From: Phycisphaerae bacterium
Lineage (GTDB): Bacteria; Planctomycetota; Phycisphaerae; UBA1845; Fen-1342
DNA: 64,000 nt
Reading direction: 5' to 3'
Assembly: GCA_963675745.2 (NCBI GenBank)
Contig: CAXXWX010000017.1
Span: forward strand, 1 to 64,000
Shown here: one piece after another, positions 43,806 to 53,821 of the stretch
How positions within the stretch are numbered: position 1 is the stretch's first letter
Layout: each line of letters starts with the position of its first letter
Translations under genes and position numbers: made by a program
Notes under the pieces: generated by a model
What the model was told of the DNA's origin: nothing
What the model saw: the letters and a program-made list of their open reading frames with translations, nothing else
Databases searched by the model: none

Positions 43806-44357
43806 TCAGTAGTCCGCGTGGACCACGACGGCTCTCGTCTGCACCTGGTTAACTTCGATCAGATAAATCTCGTTGGGGCGGTCGCCGGGGACCACGATCC
43901 AATTGCGCTGTGTGTGGCGGCGCCCGCTGTAGGGGCGCTCGAGCAGCACCGGCTGAATCTGGGCCGAACCGTCGAGCGTTGGCGCGCGCCACCGGGATGG
44001 GGCGCCCAGCGACGGGCCAACGCTCGGCCCGGCGTTTACCGGTCCGTTGGGTGATTGCGCAGTGGGCGACCAGATCCAGACCATGGCCATCAGGCATGCC
44101 GCCGCAACCAGGCCCACGGTTTGTGCGATCGGCTGACGGCGTGCGGGGTGGGCAGTGCCGCCGACACGTGTTGGCATGGCGTGACGCAGAGCGCGGCCGG
44201 CCTCTACGTCAAGCGCGCTCAGCTCGTGATAAAGCGCCTGAGCCGCGGGATCTGCGTCGAGCACGCGCCGCAGTTCGGCGCGCTCGGCGGGCATGGCCTC
44301 CTGGTCGAGGTAACGCGTAATGAGTCGTTCGAGATGTTCCTGTGATAAATCGCTCAT
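43806..44357 (-). CDS. Putative single-TM anti-sigma factor
   Basis: TGATG-coupled to the ECF stop; LERLITRYLDQE..ERAELRRVL (RskA/zf-HC2-like N-terminus); TM VGLVAAACLMAMVWIW. Confidence 0.75.
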   Translation of the reverse strand: MSDLSQEHLERLITRYLDQEAMPAERAELRRVLDADPAAQALYHELSALDVEAGRALRHAMPTRVGGTAHPARRQPIAQTVGLVAAACLMAMVWIWSPTAQSPNGPVNAGPSVGPSLGAPSRWRAPTLDGSAQIQPVLLERPYSGRRHTQRNWIVVPGDRPNEIYLIEVNQVQTRAVVVHADY

Positions 44358-44965
44358 CAGATCTTGTCGGTAAGTGTCTCTCTCAGCAGCCGCCGGGCGC
44401 GCACCAGGCGGGTTTCGACGGTTTCCACCGGCAGACTCAACAAGTCGCCGATCTGTGCGTAGCTCCAATCCTCCAGGTGTCGCAAGACAAACGGCTCGCG
44501 ATATATCAGCGGCAGGCCCTGGATCGCCTGTAAGATCGCCCGCTGCAATTCGTCGCCGATCGCCACGCGAAGCGGGCTGGGCATGGCGGGATCGCTGTAA
44601 ACATCGTGCCCCGCCTCAGTGTTGACTTCGCGCGAGCGCCGGCGTGAGTGGGAGATGCCGGCGTCTATCGCCGCGTTTCGCGCGATGCGGTACAACCACG
44701 GCCGCAAGCTCTCCGCATCCCGCAGCGAGTCCAGTCGCTCCCACACCTGCGCCCAGACCTGCTGCGCCACGTCGTCGACCAACTGGCGGCGGCCGGTGAC
44801 GCCGAAGATCACGCTGCGAATCCAGTGATCGTGCGTTTTCACAAGCCGTTCAGCCGCTGCGCGGTCACCGTTACGGGCGCCACTGACAAGCATTCGCATC
44901 GTCTGGGCGTCAAACGCCAGCGTCGTCATCTCATCGTTATTTGACGGCTCGGCGTACGGGGGCAT
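44357..44965 (-). CDS. ECF sigma-70 factor
   Basis: GDRAAAERLV, DDVAQQVW, LRPWLYRIARN, YREPFVLRH..SYAQIG..TVETRLVRAR. Confidence 0.9.
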   Translation of the reverse strand: MPPYAEPSNNDEMTTLAFDAQTMRMLVSGARNGDRAAAERLVKTHDHWIRSVIFGVTGRRQLVDDVAQQVWAQVWERLDSLRDAESLRPWLYRIARNAAIDAGISHSRRRSREVNTEAGHDVYSDPAMPSPLRVAIGDELQRAILQAIQGLPLIYREPFVLRHLEDWSYAQIGDLLSLPVETVETRLVRARRLLRETLTDKI

Positions 44966-45290
44966 GTCGAAAAATCTCTCCGGGTATGCAAGTCATTGTG
45001 ACACAGAGGCTTGCACGTGTCACGCCTGCCGCCCGGCGTGGCCGCTCCCCGGCGACCACGTTCCCCCGCGGCGCTGGTCGTGGCTGTACTACGTTTGGCC
45101 ACCACTTGTGTTCGCCGCCCGGCCGCCGATATTCACGCGGCGTTGCCGACGCGGTGCACACCGCCGTCAGATGCGGCATTGTTCCGTGTCTGGGCGATCT
45201 GTAGAATGGAAGCTTGGCGGGGGTCGCCGTGCTCACGCGGGGTTGCGAGTCGCGGCGGCTGCCACTTCGGCTGATTTGGGGAGGTGCTGG

Positions 45291-46345
45291 ATGACACCAT
45301 ATTCGCGGGCGCCAACGCCGCGCCACGCCGGTCGGTGTGCGCTGACGCGGGCCGAAGTGCTGGTTTTTGCCCTGACATTCGCGCTGCTGGGCCTCGTGCT
45401 GCTGCCGGCGCTGGCCAGTGGCCAGCACAGCCGGCGGGCGACGTGTCTTCAGAATCTCCGCGCTATCGGCGCGACCACGCAGGCGTACGCCGAAGATGAC
45501 TCGGCGGAGTTGCTGCTGCCGATTCACCAGATGATGGTGACACCGGCGTCTTTGCCGACGAGTTCGGCAATACCATGTGGCCGTGGCGCACGGTGAATTG
45601 GTTCGCCTGGGGCGGCGCGACGGCGCCGGAGCAGTTTCTCTGCTATGAAGGGGGAGGGCCCTACATTGGGCAGAGTGCCACCGCCGCGTGGGGCGCCCAG
45701 ACCCGGCCGCTGACGCGGTATCTCTATCCCGACATCAGCGAGGACCTTATCGGCGGGCAATACGTGTTCGACGTCCCGGTCTTCCATTGCCCCCAGGATG
45801 TCGGATACCCCGTCGATCAGTTCGTTGATGACTCCCCGATGTCCAACGCGGGCAGACCGTGCTACACAACATTGGGCAACAGCTATAGAGCAAATATGCA
45901 CGGCGGTTTCAGCGGGGCGGGTTCGACGTTCCGCAGCGCAGCCAGTCTGGGCCCCTGGGGACATCGTCGGTCCGACCTTGTGAATGCTGATCGCATTGCC
46001 CTGGGGGGCGATGCCATGTTTGGCTCGATGACCGGGAGCCTCGTGGGATTGATGGGCTGGCACGGCGAGATAGACCACGACAATGTTGTGTATTGCGATG
46101 GCTCCGCGCGCTATACCTTTGTCTCGCCCGTGACGCCGATCGATCCCGATCCGCGTTTACCTCTTGACGCGAACTGTGCGTACATGGAGTCACGCGGGGA
46201 CACCTATCAGCTTGACGCTTATCCGACACCGATGGCTTTCATTTGGGGGCCTGCTGGTGCGCCGTGGTTCGAGCCCCAGACGCCACAGTGGCCCCGTTCG
46301 GGTATGAAGAGGAACCTGCAACCGATGAATCTGGGGTCGGAATAG
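45291..46345 (+). CDS. Prepilin-like DUF1559/H-X9-DG-type protein, paralog 1 (frameshift near 45545)
   Basis: SD GGAGG + ATG 45291; ALTRAEVLV..LLPAL..CLQNLRAIG..Y; FHCPQD; WHG..DNVVYCDG. Confidence 0.7.
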
Positions 46346-46546
46346 GCCGACGAGTTTCTATTGTCCGGGACACTTGCCATGTGCGTAGAATGCGCGCGGT
46401 TGGACCGCTCCGGCGGTTGCGACTCAGCAATTGGGAAGGGCTTTCGTAGACGTTTGTTTCGGCTGCCGGGCGAGCTCGGTTTCTCTTACCTCGAGCGCGC
46501 CCGCCGCGGGTGGCGTGCGCCCGGTGACGTCGCAACTCGGCGGGAC

Positions 46547-47604
46547 ATGGAGCGAAAGCCGATGATACGCCAAACGCCGCGGGCTGTGACCCGCGCTGAA
46601 GTGGCCGTGGTTGCGGCCACATTGAGTTTGCTTGCTCTGATCCTGGCTCCCGCCGTTGCGAACAACGGGCGCAGCACCAGGGCGACGTGTCTTCAGAACC
46701 TCCGCGCCATCGGCATGGCGACGCAGGCGTATGCCGAAGATGACCCGGCAGAGCTGCTGTGCCGATTCACCAGATGATGGTGGCCAATACCAGCTTTTTT
46801 GCCGCCGACTTCGCTGGCACGTGGTGGGCTTGCGAACTGGTTTGCCTGGGGTGGCGCCACGGAGCGACAAGTTCATCTGCGCCGACTCTGGGGACTTTGC
46901 TGGGGCAGCATCGCACGCGCTACTGGGGCGCACAGACACGGCCGTTGACGCGATATCTCTATCCTGGCCTGACCGAAGATCCAGACAACGATGACTACGT
47001 AACTGACATGCCGATCTTCCGCTGCCCCAGGATGTCGGCTATCCAGACGACCCAAACATCAGCGGCCGGTACATAACGCCGGCCGCTCGTGCTACGCGAC
47101 GCTGGGCAACAGCTACAGGGCGATGCTGAACGAAGTTACCTCGGCAGCTCCGGATCGTCGTCATACAAGGGCGCTGCTCGTATGGACCGTGGGGGCCAAG
47201 CGGTCGGACATGGTTAACACGAGCCGTATCGTCGTCATTGGCGAGCCGATCTTCTTCGCCTCGTTCGGCGACGAATACTCCAGACTACGTCGGGTGGCAC
47301 GGCGAAGTCGATTCCGACCACGCCCTTTACGTGGATGGTTCGGCTCGCCTTACGCAGGTGACGTCCGTGTCGCCGATACCGGCCGATCCACGTTTGCCGA
47401 TTGATTCGCACTTTTGACGACTACTCTTCGCGCGCTGACCAGTTCCAGCTTGACTGTTACCCCACACCCGGAGCGTTCATATGGGCCCTTACCCAGAGCG
47501 ACCGAGCTCTGACAAATGCACACAGCAGCCATCAGGTGTGGCCGTTTAAGGGCTACAAGGACAATCTCACGCCGGTGGAGCCAACTTGGTTGTCCGAGCC
47601 ATAG
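46547..47604 (+). CDS. Prepilin-like DUF1559-type protein, paralog 2 (several frameshifts)
   Basis: AVTRAEV..CLQNLRAIG, PIHQMMV, WGAQTRPLTRYLYP, FRCP and FQLDCYPTPGA found in different frames. Confidence 0.6.
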
Positions 47605-47659
47605 CGGGAGCGGCGGGCGCCGGCAGGCACCGTCGCCCCGTTTGGATTGGGAGGTGCAC

Positions 47660-48732
47660 ATGATTGTCGAAGAAAGAGGATGTCGCGCGACGAATGGTCT
47701 CAGTTCGCGGCATGCGCTGACGCGTGCCGAAGTGCTGGTCTTTGGCCTGACGCTCGGGTTGCTGGGCCTTGTGCTGCTGCCGGCGCTGGCCAGTGGCCAG
47801 CTCAGCCGGCGGGCGACGTGTCTTCAGAATCTCCGCGCTATCGGCGCGGCCACGCAGGCGTACGCCGAAGATGACGCCACGGAGTTGTTACTCCCGATTC
47901 ATCAGATGATGGTGAATAACACGCAACTCTTCGCACCGGCGTTCGCCAACACGATGTGGTCGTGGCGAACGGCCAACTTCTTCGCGTGGGGCGGCGCAAC
48001 GGCTACCGAGGAGTTCCTCGTTCTGGAGAACTTCGGGCCAATCATCGGACGTGGCTGGACGCGTTGTTGGGGCGCCCAGACGCGGCCGCTCACGCGCTTC
48101 CTCTACCCGGAGATCACCGAAGATCCGGACAACGACGAATACGTGACCGACCTGCCGTTGTTCCACTGCCCCCAGGACGCCGGCTATGTCGAGTCGCATG
48201 AGCCGTACGGCGATGCGGACTGTCCGCAGGCCAACGTTGGCCGGCCCTGCTATACGACGCTGGGTTCCAGCTATCGTGCCAACCTGGCGGGCTCATTCGC
48301 CGCACAGCCAAACTCCAACTACACCGGCGCGTTCAGCTATGGACCCTGGGGGCACAAACGCGCCGATATAGCCAACCCGAGCCGCGTCATTCTCGGCGCT
48401 GATGCGCTCTATGGCGAGATGGTCGACGCTCTGGGTTACACCGGTTGGCACGGCGGACAGGACAGCGACAACGTGCTTTACTGCGACGGGGCCGCGCGCC
48501 TCACCCAGTTCATCGAAGGGCAACCGATTCCAGCGGCCCCGAGGCTCCCATTAGGTCCAGGATACGACGACTTGTGGACGCGCGGCGACACGTATCAGCT
48601 CGACGTGTATCCGACGCCGGGGGCGCGGATTTGGGGATACTCCGTAGGGGGGGGCCGAGCCTCAAACTCCGGCGTGGCCCACGTCCGGCTATAAGGACGA
48701 ACCTGGAACCCGTGAGCCTGGTCTTCGAATAG
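47660..48732 (+). CDS. Prepilin-like DUF1559-type protein, paralog 3 (frameshifts near the 3' end)
   Basis: SD GGAGG + ATG 47660; mostly intact ORF; WHGGQDSDNVLYCDG; the paralog-like tail NLEPV.. ends at 48732 in another frame. Confidence 0.75.
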
Positions 48733-48802
48733 GTCGGGTGACAACTGAAGTGGTGTTCGCGTGAGAACAGAACATTACACGACAGCTCTTGGAGGCTGAA
48801 AC

Positions 48803-50425
48803 ATGATAGCCATCAATCTTCAACGCCGCTGGACACTCGCCGCTGCAGCCGCGAGCGTTGCTTGTGTCCTGGCCGCGGTTGCCACAGTCGGGACGGCGCG
48901 TGCCAGCGAGCCAGAGTGGCAGGTCGCGACCGCGAAACTGATCGCCGCCGACGGCGTGCCGGCGCAACGCTTCGGGCGGTCGGTGTCGGCGTCCGGCGAG
49001 CGGGTTCTGATCGGCGCGCCGGAAGATACGGCGAACGGCACCGGCGCCGGCGCGGCGTACATCTGCCAGTTCGCCGGCGGCGTGTGGAGCCAGCGGGCCA
49101 AGCTCCTGCCGAATGACCCCAACGAGATGCAGCATTTCGGCTGGTCGGTCGCGCTGGATGGCGACGTCGCCCGTCGTCGGCGTGCCGCACGACGACGAGG
49201 TGCACTTCGATGCCGGCGCCGTCTACGTCTTTTTATATGACGGAGCTGAGTGGACGCAGGCCGCCAAACTGATGGCGTCGGACGGCAGGTACCAGGACCA
49301 GTTTGGCACGTCGGTGGCCGTGCGCGGCGACGTGATCGCCGTCGGGGCACCGCTGGTCAACCCCGACACGGACGAGCCCGATACCGGGGCTGTGTACGTC
49401 TTTCGCCGCGACGGGGCAAGCTGGATCGAAGAGGACAAGCTCGAGCGACCGGATGATTTCCAAACGGTGGTTGAGTTTGCGCGCCTCGGCGCCTCGGTTG
49501 CGATCGGCGATGACGTGATCGTCGCCGGTGCCTGGGGGGATCGTGAGGACCGCTATGGCGAGTTCGCGTTCGGCTCGGCCAGTGTTTTCCACTATGACGG
49601 CCTGGCGTGGTCCGAAGCAGGCCCGCTTGATGCCCAGCGACGGCGCGGATTATGACCGCTTTGGCAGCGCCGTGGCGATCTGCGGCGAGGTAATCGCCGT
49701 CGGCGCGCCGCGCGTTGACTATGAAGACCCGAACACGCTCGAATTCACCAAAGACGGCCGGCTCGGTCTACGTCTATCGCCACGATGGAGCCGATTGGGT
49801 CGAGGAAGCCAAACTCATCTCGCCCGCGCTGGGCGGCGCCGACCTGTCGCACGATGACTACTTCGGCGGTGCCGTCGCGCTGGACGGTGACACGCTGCTG
49901 ATCGGCTCGCGCTATGACGACGACTGGGGGCTCAACGCCGGCGCGGCGTACGCCTATCACTATGACGGCGCCGCGTGGTTCGAGCAGTTCAAGTTTGTTC
50001 CCACCTGGATCGGCTATCGCGACGCGTTCGGCGGCTCGGTCGCCCTGTCGGACGGCCACTTCGCAATGGGCGCCGTCGGCGATGATAGTCAGGGTGAACT
50101 GGCCGGGGCCGCGTATGTCTTCGAGTTTGAGAACGACTGCAATCGCCAACGCGCGTTCCGGACGAGGACGACATCGCCGCCGGCACCAGTGCCGACCTGA
50201 ACGAGAATGGCATCCCCGACGATTGCGAACAGCCGCCGATTGGCGATGTCAACTGCGACATCATCTGCCAACAACGCCGACATCGACGCGTTTGTGCTGG
50301 CGCTGCACGACTACGCGGCGTACCTGACGGAGTATCCCGGATGCGACAACGCGGATGTCAACGGCGACGGCTGGGTCAACGCGGGCGATATTGATCCGTT
50401 CATCGCGCTGCTGGCAGCGCAATAA
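48803..50425 (+). CDS. Secreted FG-GAP repeat beta-propeller protein with a dockerin-like tag (about 5 frameshifts)
   Basis: Repeated KLxASDG..FGxSVA..VGAP..GAVYVF units across five overlapping ORFs; C-terminal NNADIDAFV..DVNGDGWVNAGDIDPF. Confidence 0.75.
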
Positions 50426-50470
50426 GACACGCTTCAGCCACGTAGGGCACATCGAGCGCCGCGAGACGTG

Positions 50471-50748
50471 CCGGGTTTGCCGCACACGGCGGCGTGCAAA
50501 GTAGCGGCCGGCGCCTCGCCGGCCGTTGTGACGCCGGAAACGCTGTTTGATGCGGACGCCTGTTTACCGCCGACGGCCTGCGGGGCGCAGGCCGTTACGG
50601 CCGGGTTCGCCGCTCATGGTGGTGTGCAATGTAGCGGCCGGCGCCTCGCCGGCCGTGTGACGCCGGTGACGCTGCTTGATGCGGACGCCTGTTTACGCCG
50701 ACGGCCTGCGGGGCGCAGGCCGTTACAGCCGGGTTTGCCGCTACATGG
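50471..50748. repeat. Tandem array (period about 129 bp, 2+ units) of paired REP palindromes (BIME-like)
   Basis: Each unit contains GTAGCGGCCGGCGCCTCGCCGGCCGT and ACGGCCTGCGGGGCGCAGGCCGTTAC. Confidence 0.85.
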
Positions 50749-50910
50749 CATTTCGCCGTCCTGCTGTCGTTGGATGTGCGGGCGCGGTGCGGTGAGGGGA
50801 TCGCCGGTGTACAGTGTGGCTCGTCGTGCCGCGGGATGAGCGGGTGCGGCGAGCCGCAGCCTGTGGTGGATAGGGGGCGCGCGGTGGCCTTTTGTCAATG
50901 AGGCGGTTCG

Positions 50911-52041
50911 ATGGGCGAGTCTTCGGTGGAATCCGGCATGCTGCCTCTCGGCGCCGCCGCCGACGGTAACCCATCCCAGCGCCGGACATCGTCGATGTGC
51001 GCTTCACGGTTCACGCGATCAGCATCGCCAAGGTATGCTAGCGATGCTCGCGCTTCTGGTCGTCTGCTACAAGCTGTGTTGCGGCGGCGCTTGTTAAGAT
51101 CGTCCGTAGGTTATCAGTGCCTCACGTTCATGGTGGCGCTTCCAGCCCGTCTCAGGCATGGTGGTTGTCGGGCTCATCATGCTCGCATTGGGCGTGGCTT
51201 AATATACGGGCGAGGCTGCTGGCCAGATCAGTAAGCGCGTGAGCCGGTTTGGCGCGACCGGCGCTGATCTGCTGTCCACTGAACATCGTTGCGCGAGTTG
51301 CTCGCTCACGTACATGCAGAAACCGCTTCTTAGTCCTCTGCCGCGTCAAATGAGCGTGTGGCGTGCGCTGACAGAGGCGCTGGCGGCCCAGGGACGCATC
51401 GGCCTGGTTGTGCGTGTTCTCGCGCCTGAGCGAAGCGCGTGGCCGCCGCTCGGGCCGCCGCTCACAGAGCCGGCGGAACCTGAGCCACTCCATCGCGGAA
51501 ACCACTCGATTCCTGATGCTCCGGACGGCGCGCTTGGCGAGCGCGACAGAGCATTCGTCCTCTGCCGCGCGCGCTGTTTGGTCGAACATCACCAACCGCT
51601 GGGTACCGCTGGTACCTATCGATTGCGCATGATCCCCATCGTTCCTATTCGATGTTTGTCTGTGTGTACTCATCTTGCCGTGGATTCAGAACCGGGAACG
51701 CCGGGCAGACGGACTTGACGTTCCTGGGCTACGAGGCACTGCGTCTTCTGCTGATCATCGCCGCAATCCAACGACGGCGTGTGGCTCAGTGGTTTGCGGT
51801 GCCCGGCGCGCTCATCGTGCGGTCCGCGCCGTGGTATTCTTCGGCCTGGACGCTGGAGGGCTTCCGGCGCGAGGAGTCCGTGATCGTGCATGACGTTGAT
51901 CACAATGTGCTCACGATCGCATCGCGCGACGGCCGCGTTCACCAGCGCAGAATGACGCCATACGAAATCACGTTCGCCCTCCGCGCATGGCGGAGCAAGT
52001 TGCAGCCGCCGGACATCGAGCAGTTGAGCGATTTGGCGTGA
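50911..52041 (+). pseudogene. Fragmented hypothetical membrane protein (frameshifted or mis-assembled); start uncertain
   Basis: Overlapping + strand ORF fragments with hydrophobic segments, ending in a protein-like C-terminus ..FALRAWRSKLQPPDIEQLSDLA. Confidence 0.35.
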
Positions 52042-52109
52042 GCGAGAAGGTGCGGCGAGCCGCACCCTACGTCGCTGGATCTGCCGGACTGATAGCTGAT
52101 AGCTGACCG

Positions 52110-52430
52110 CTACCCTTCGCCGACGCCGCGCTTGGCTTTGGCGGTCTCCCGGCTGAGTGCGGTCTTGAGGCGGTCGAGGGCCGTGTTGATGGCTGCGTGG
52201 AAGTCGTCGCCTTGCTCTTTGATGACGATTTCGCGCGCTCTGAGTTTCACATCCAGGCTGCACAGCTTGTCGATGCCGCCCTTGTCGGGCCCGGTGACGT
52301 CCTCCAGGCGGACATTCGCCTTGAGAATGTGCTCGGAGAAACGGGTCGTCGCGGTGAGAAAACGCTCCTCAGCGAAGCTGCGCAATCCACCGTCGTTTTC
52401 CACGCCGCGAATGAAGATCTGAAGGTCCAT
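52110..52430 (-). CDS. hpf: Ribosome hibernation factor (HPF/RaiA family)
   Basis: MDLQIFIRG..LRSFAEERF..VRLEDVTGPDKGGIDKLC..DFHAAINTALDRLK; SD GGAGG. Confidence 0.8.
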   Translation of the reverse strand: MDLQIFIRGVENDGGLRSFAEERFLTATTRFSEHILKANVRLEDVTGPDKGGIDKLCSLDVKLRAREIVIKEQGDDFHAAINTALDRLKTALSRETAKAKRGVGEG

Positions 52431-52469
52431 GTGAGCCTCCCATGGGATTAGGGTTGGGCTGATGGCTTG

Positions 52470-52478
52470 ATTGTAGCA
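52470..52478 (-). promoter_or_regulatory. Extended -10 element TGcTACAAT for hpf
   Basis: TGn-TAnnnT 40 nt upstream of the ATG. Confidence 0.5.
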
Positions 52479-52486
52479 GAAAGAGA

Positions 52487-52558
52487 AGGCAACGAGGCAA
52501 GGAGATAAGAAGGCAACGAGGCAACAAGGCAACGAGGCAACAAGGCGGCGAGGCAACG
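52487..52558. repeat. Octamer tandem repeat (AGGCAACR) x9
   Basis: Nine phased 8-mers, some degenerate, in a divergent intergenic region. Confidence 0.9.
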
Positions 52559-52638
52559 AGGGGCTGGGGTGGATTGCTGGTGTGGGGGTGGTGGAATACG
52601 ATGTTGGTGTTGAGCTTCATCCCTTATCGGAGTCGATA

Positions 52639-53754
52639 ATGCCCCAGGCGCGCCTGCCCAGGCTGCTCAGAGACCTGTTGAATTTGCCGACGGCCACGTT
52701 TCGTGAAGACGCGGTCCTGGACTACGTCAAGTGCGCCTGCGGTCGGCTGAAGGGCGTGAGCTGCAAATCGGACAAGTACGGCAACCTGCTGGCGCGCTAT
52801 CGCCACCGGCCGCGCAAGGTTACGCCGCTGGTCTTCGCGGCGCACACCGATCATCCGGGCTTTGTGGCGCGGAAGATGATCGCCGCCAAGCGCCTGCGTG
52901 CGGATTTCCGCGGCGGCGTGCGGCCGGAGTTTTTCGCGGGAACGCGCGTGTGCTTCTGGACCGCCGACGGGCTGGTGCGTGGCAAGGTGCTGGAGATCTG
53001 CCGCGCGGAGAAGCCCGCGCCGCGCTCGCCGGTCTCGCTGCCCAAGGAGGTCATCATCCAGGTGTCCGCGCCGATCGAGCCTGAGACGATCGGCATGTGG
53101 GATCTGCCGGATGCGCGGCTGAAGGGTGACAACGTGTTCGCGCGTGGCTGTGACGACATCGCCGGTTGCGCCGCGATGCTGGCGCTGCTCGAACGCCTCA
53201 GCCGCAAGCAGGCCGCCGCCGAGACATATTGCCTGTTTTCGCGAGCCGAGGAGCTGGGCTTCATCGGCGCGATCGCCGCGGCTCGCGCGCTGACCGTGCC
53301 GAAGCGGCTGCCGATCGTCGCCATTGAAACCAGTAGCGAATTGCCCAACGCGCGGATCGGCGATGGCCCGATCCTGCGCGTTGGCGACCGCGTGGCGGTG
53401 TACACGCCGCCGCTGACCGCGTTCTGCGATCGGGTCGCGAAAGACCTGACGAGCCGCCGCCGCGCGTTCAAGCATCAGCGCAAGCTGATGGACGGCGGCA
53501 CGTGCGAATCGACCGCGTACATGGCCTACGGCTACGAAGCCACCGGGATCTGCGTTGCCCTCGGCAACTACCACAACATGAACCGCAAGCGCGGCCGGAT
53601 CGATAGCGAGTACATCAGCCTCGCGGACTACTCAAACATGGTCGCCTGGTTCGAGGCGCTCGTGATGGACAAGACCGGGTACACCGGCGGCGACACGGAC
53701 CTGCGCGGCCGTCTTGACACGCGCTTCGAACGGTTCGAACAGCAGTTGCTATAG
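52639..53754 (+). CDS. M20/M42-family (clan MH) metallopeptidase
   Basis: DKYGNL, AAHTDH, RGCDD, AEELG, IAIE, GGTCE and GNYHN metal-binding motifs. Confidence 0.8.
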   Translation: MPQARLPRLLRDLLNLPTATFREDAVLDYVKCACGRLKGVSCKSDKYGNLLARYRHRPRKVTPLVFAAHTDHPGFVARKMIAAKRLRADFRGGVRPEFFAGTRVCFWTADGLVRGKVLEICRAEKPAPRSPVSLPKEVIIQVSAPIEPETIGMWDLPDARLKGDNVFARGCDDIAGCAAMLALLERLSRKQAAAETYCLFSRAEELGFIGAIAAARALTVPKRLPIVAIETSSELPNARIGDGPILRVGDRVAVYTPPLTAFCDRVAKDLTSRRRAFKHQRKLMDGGTCESTAYMAYGYEATGICVALGNYHNMNRKRGRIDSEYISLADYSNMVAWFEALVMDKTGYTGGDTDLRGRLDTRFERFEQQLL

Positions 53755-53821
53755 CATCGGGTTTCCGTCCAGCCAGACGCGTGGGCCGGCCGGCACGTCA
53801 ACGGCGCGCACCGGATCGCAG

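Noticed and set aside
45291..48732. Diversity-generating retroelement acting on the paralogs
   Set aside because: No reverse transcriptase in the window, and differences between copies are not adenine-specific.
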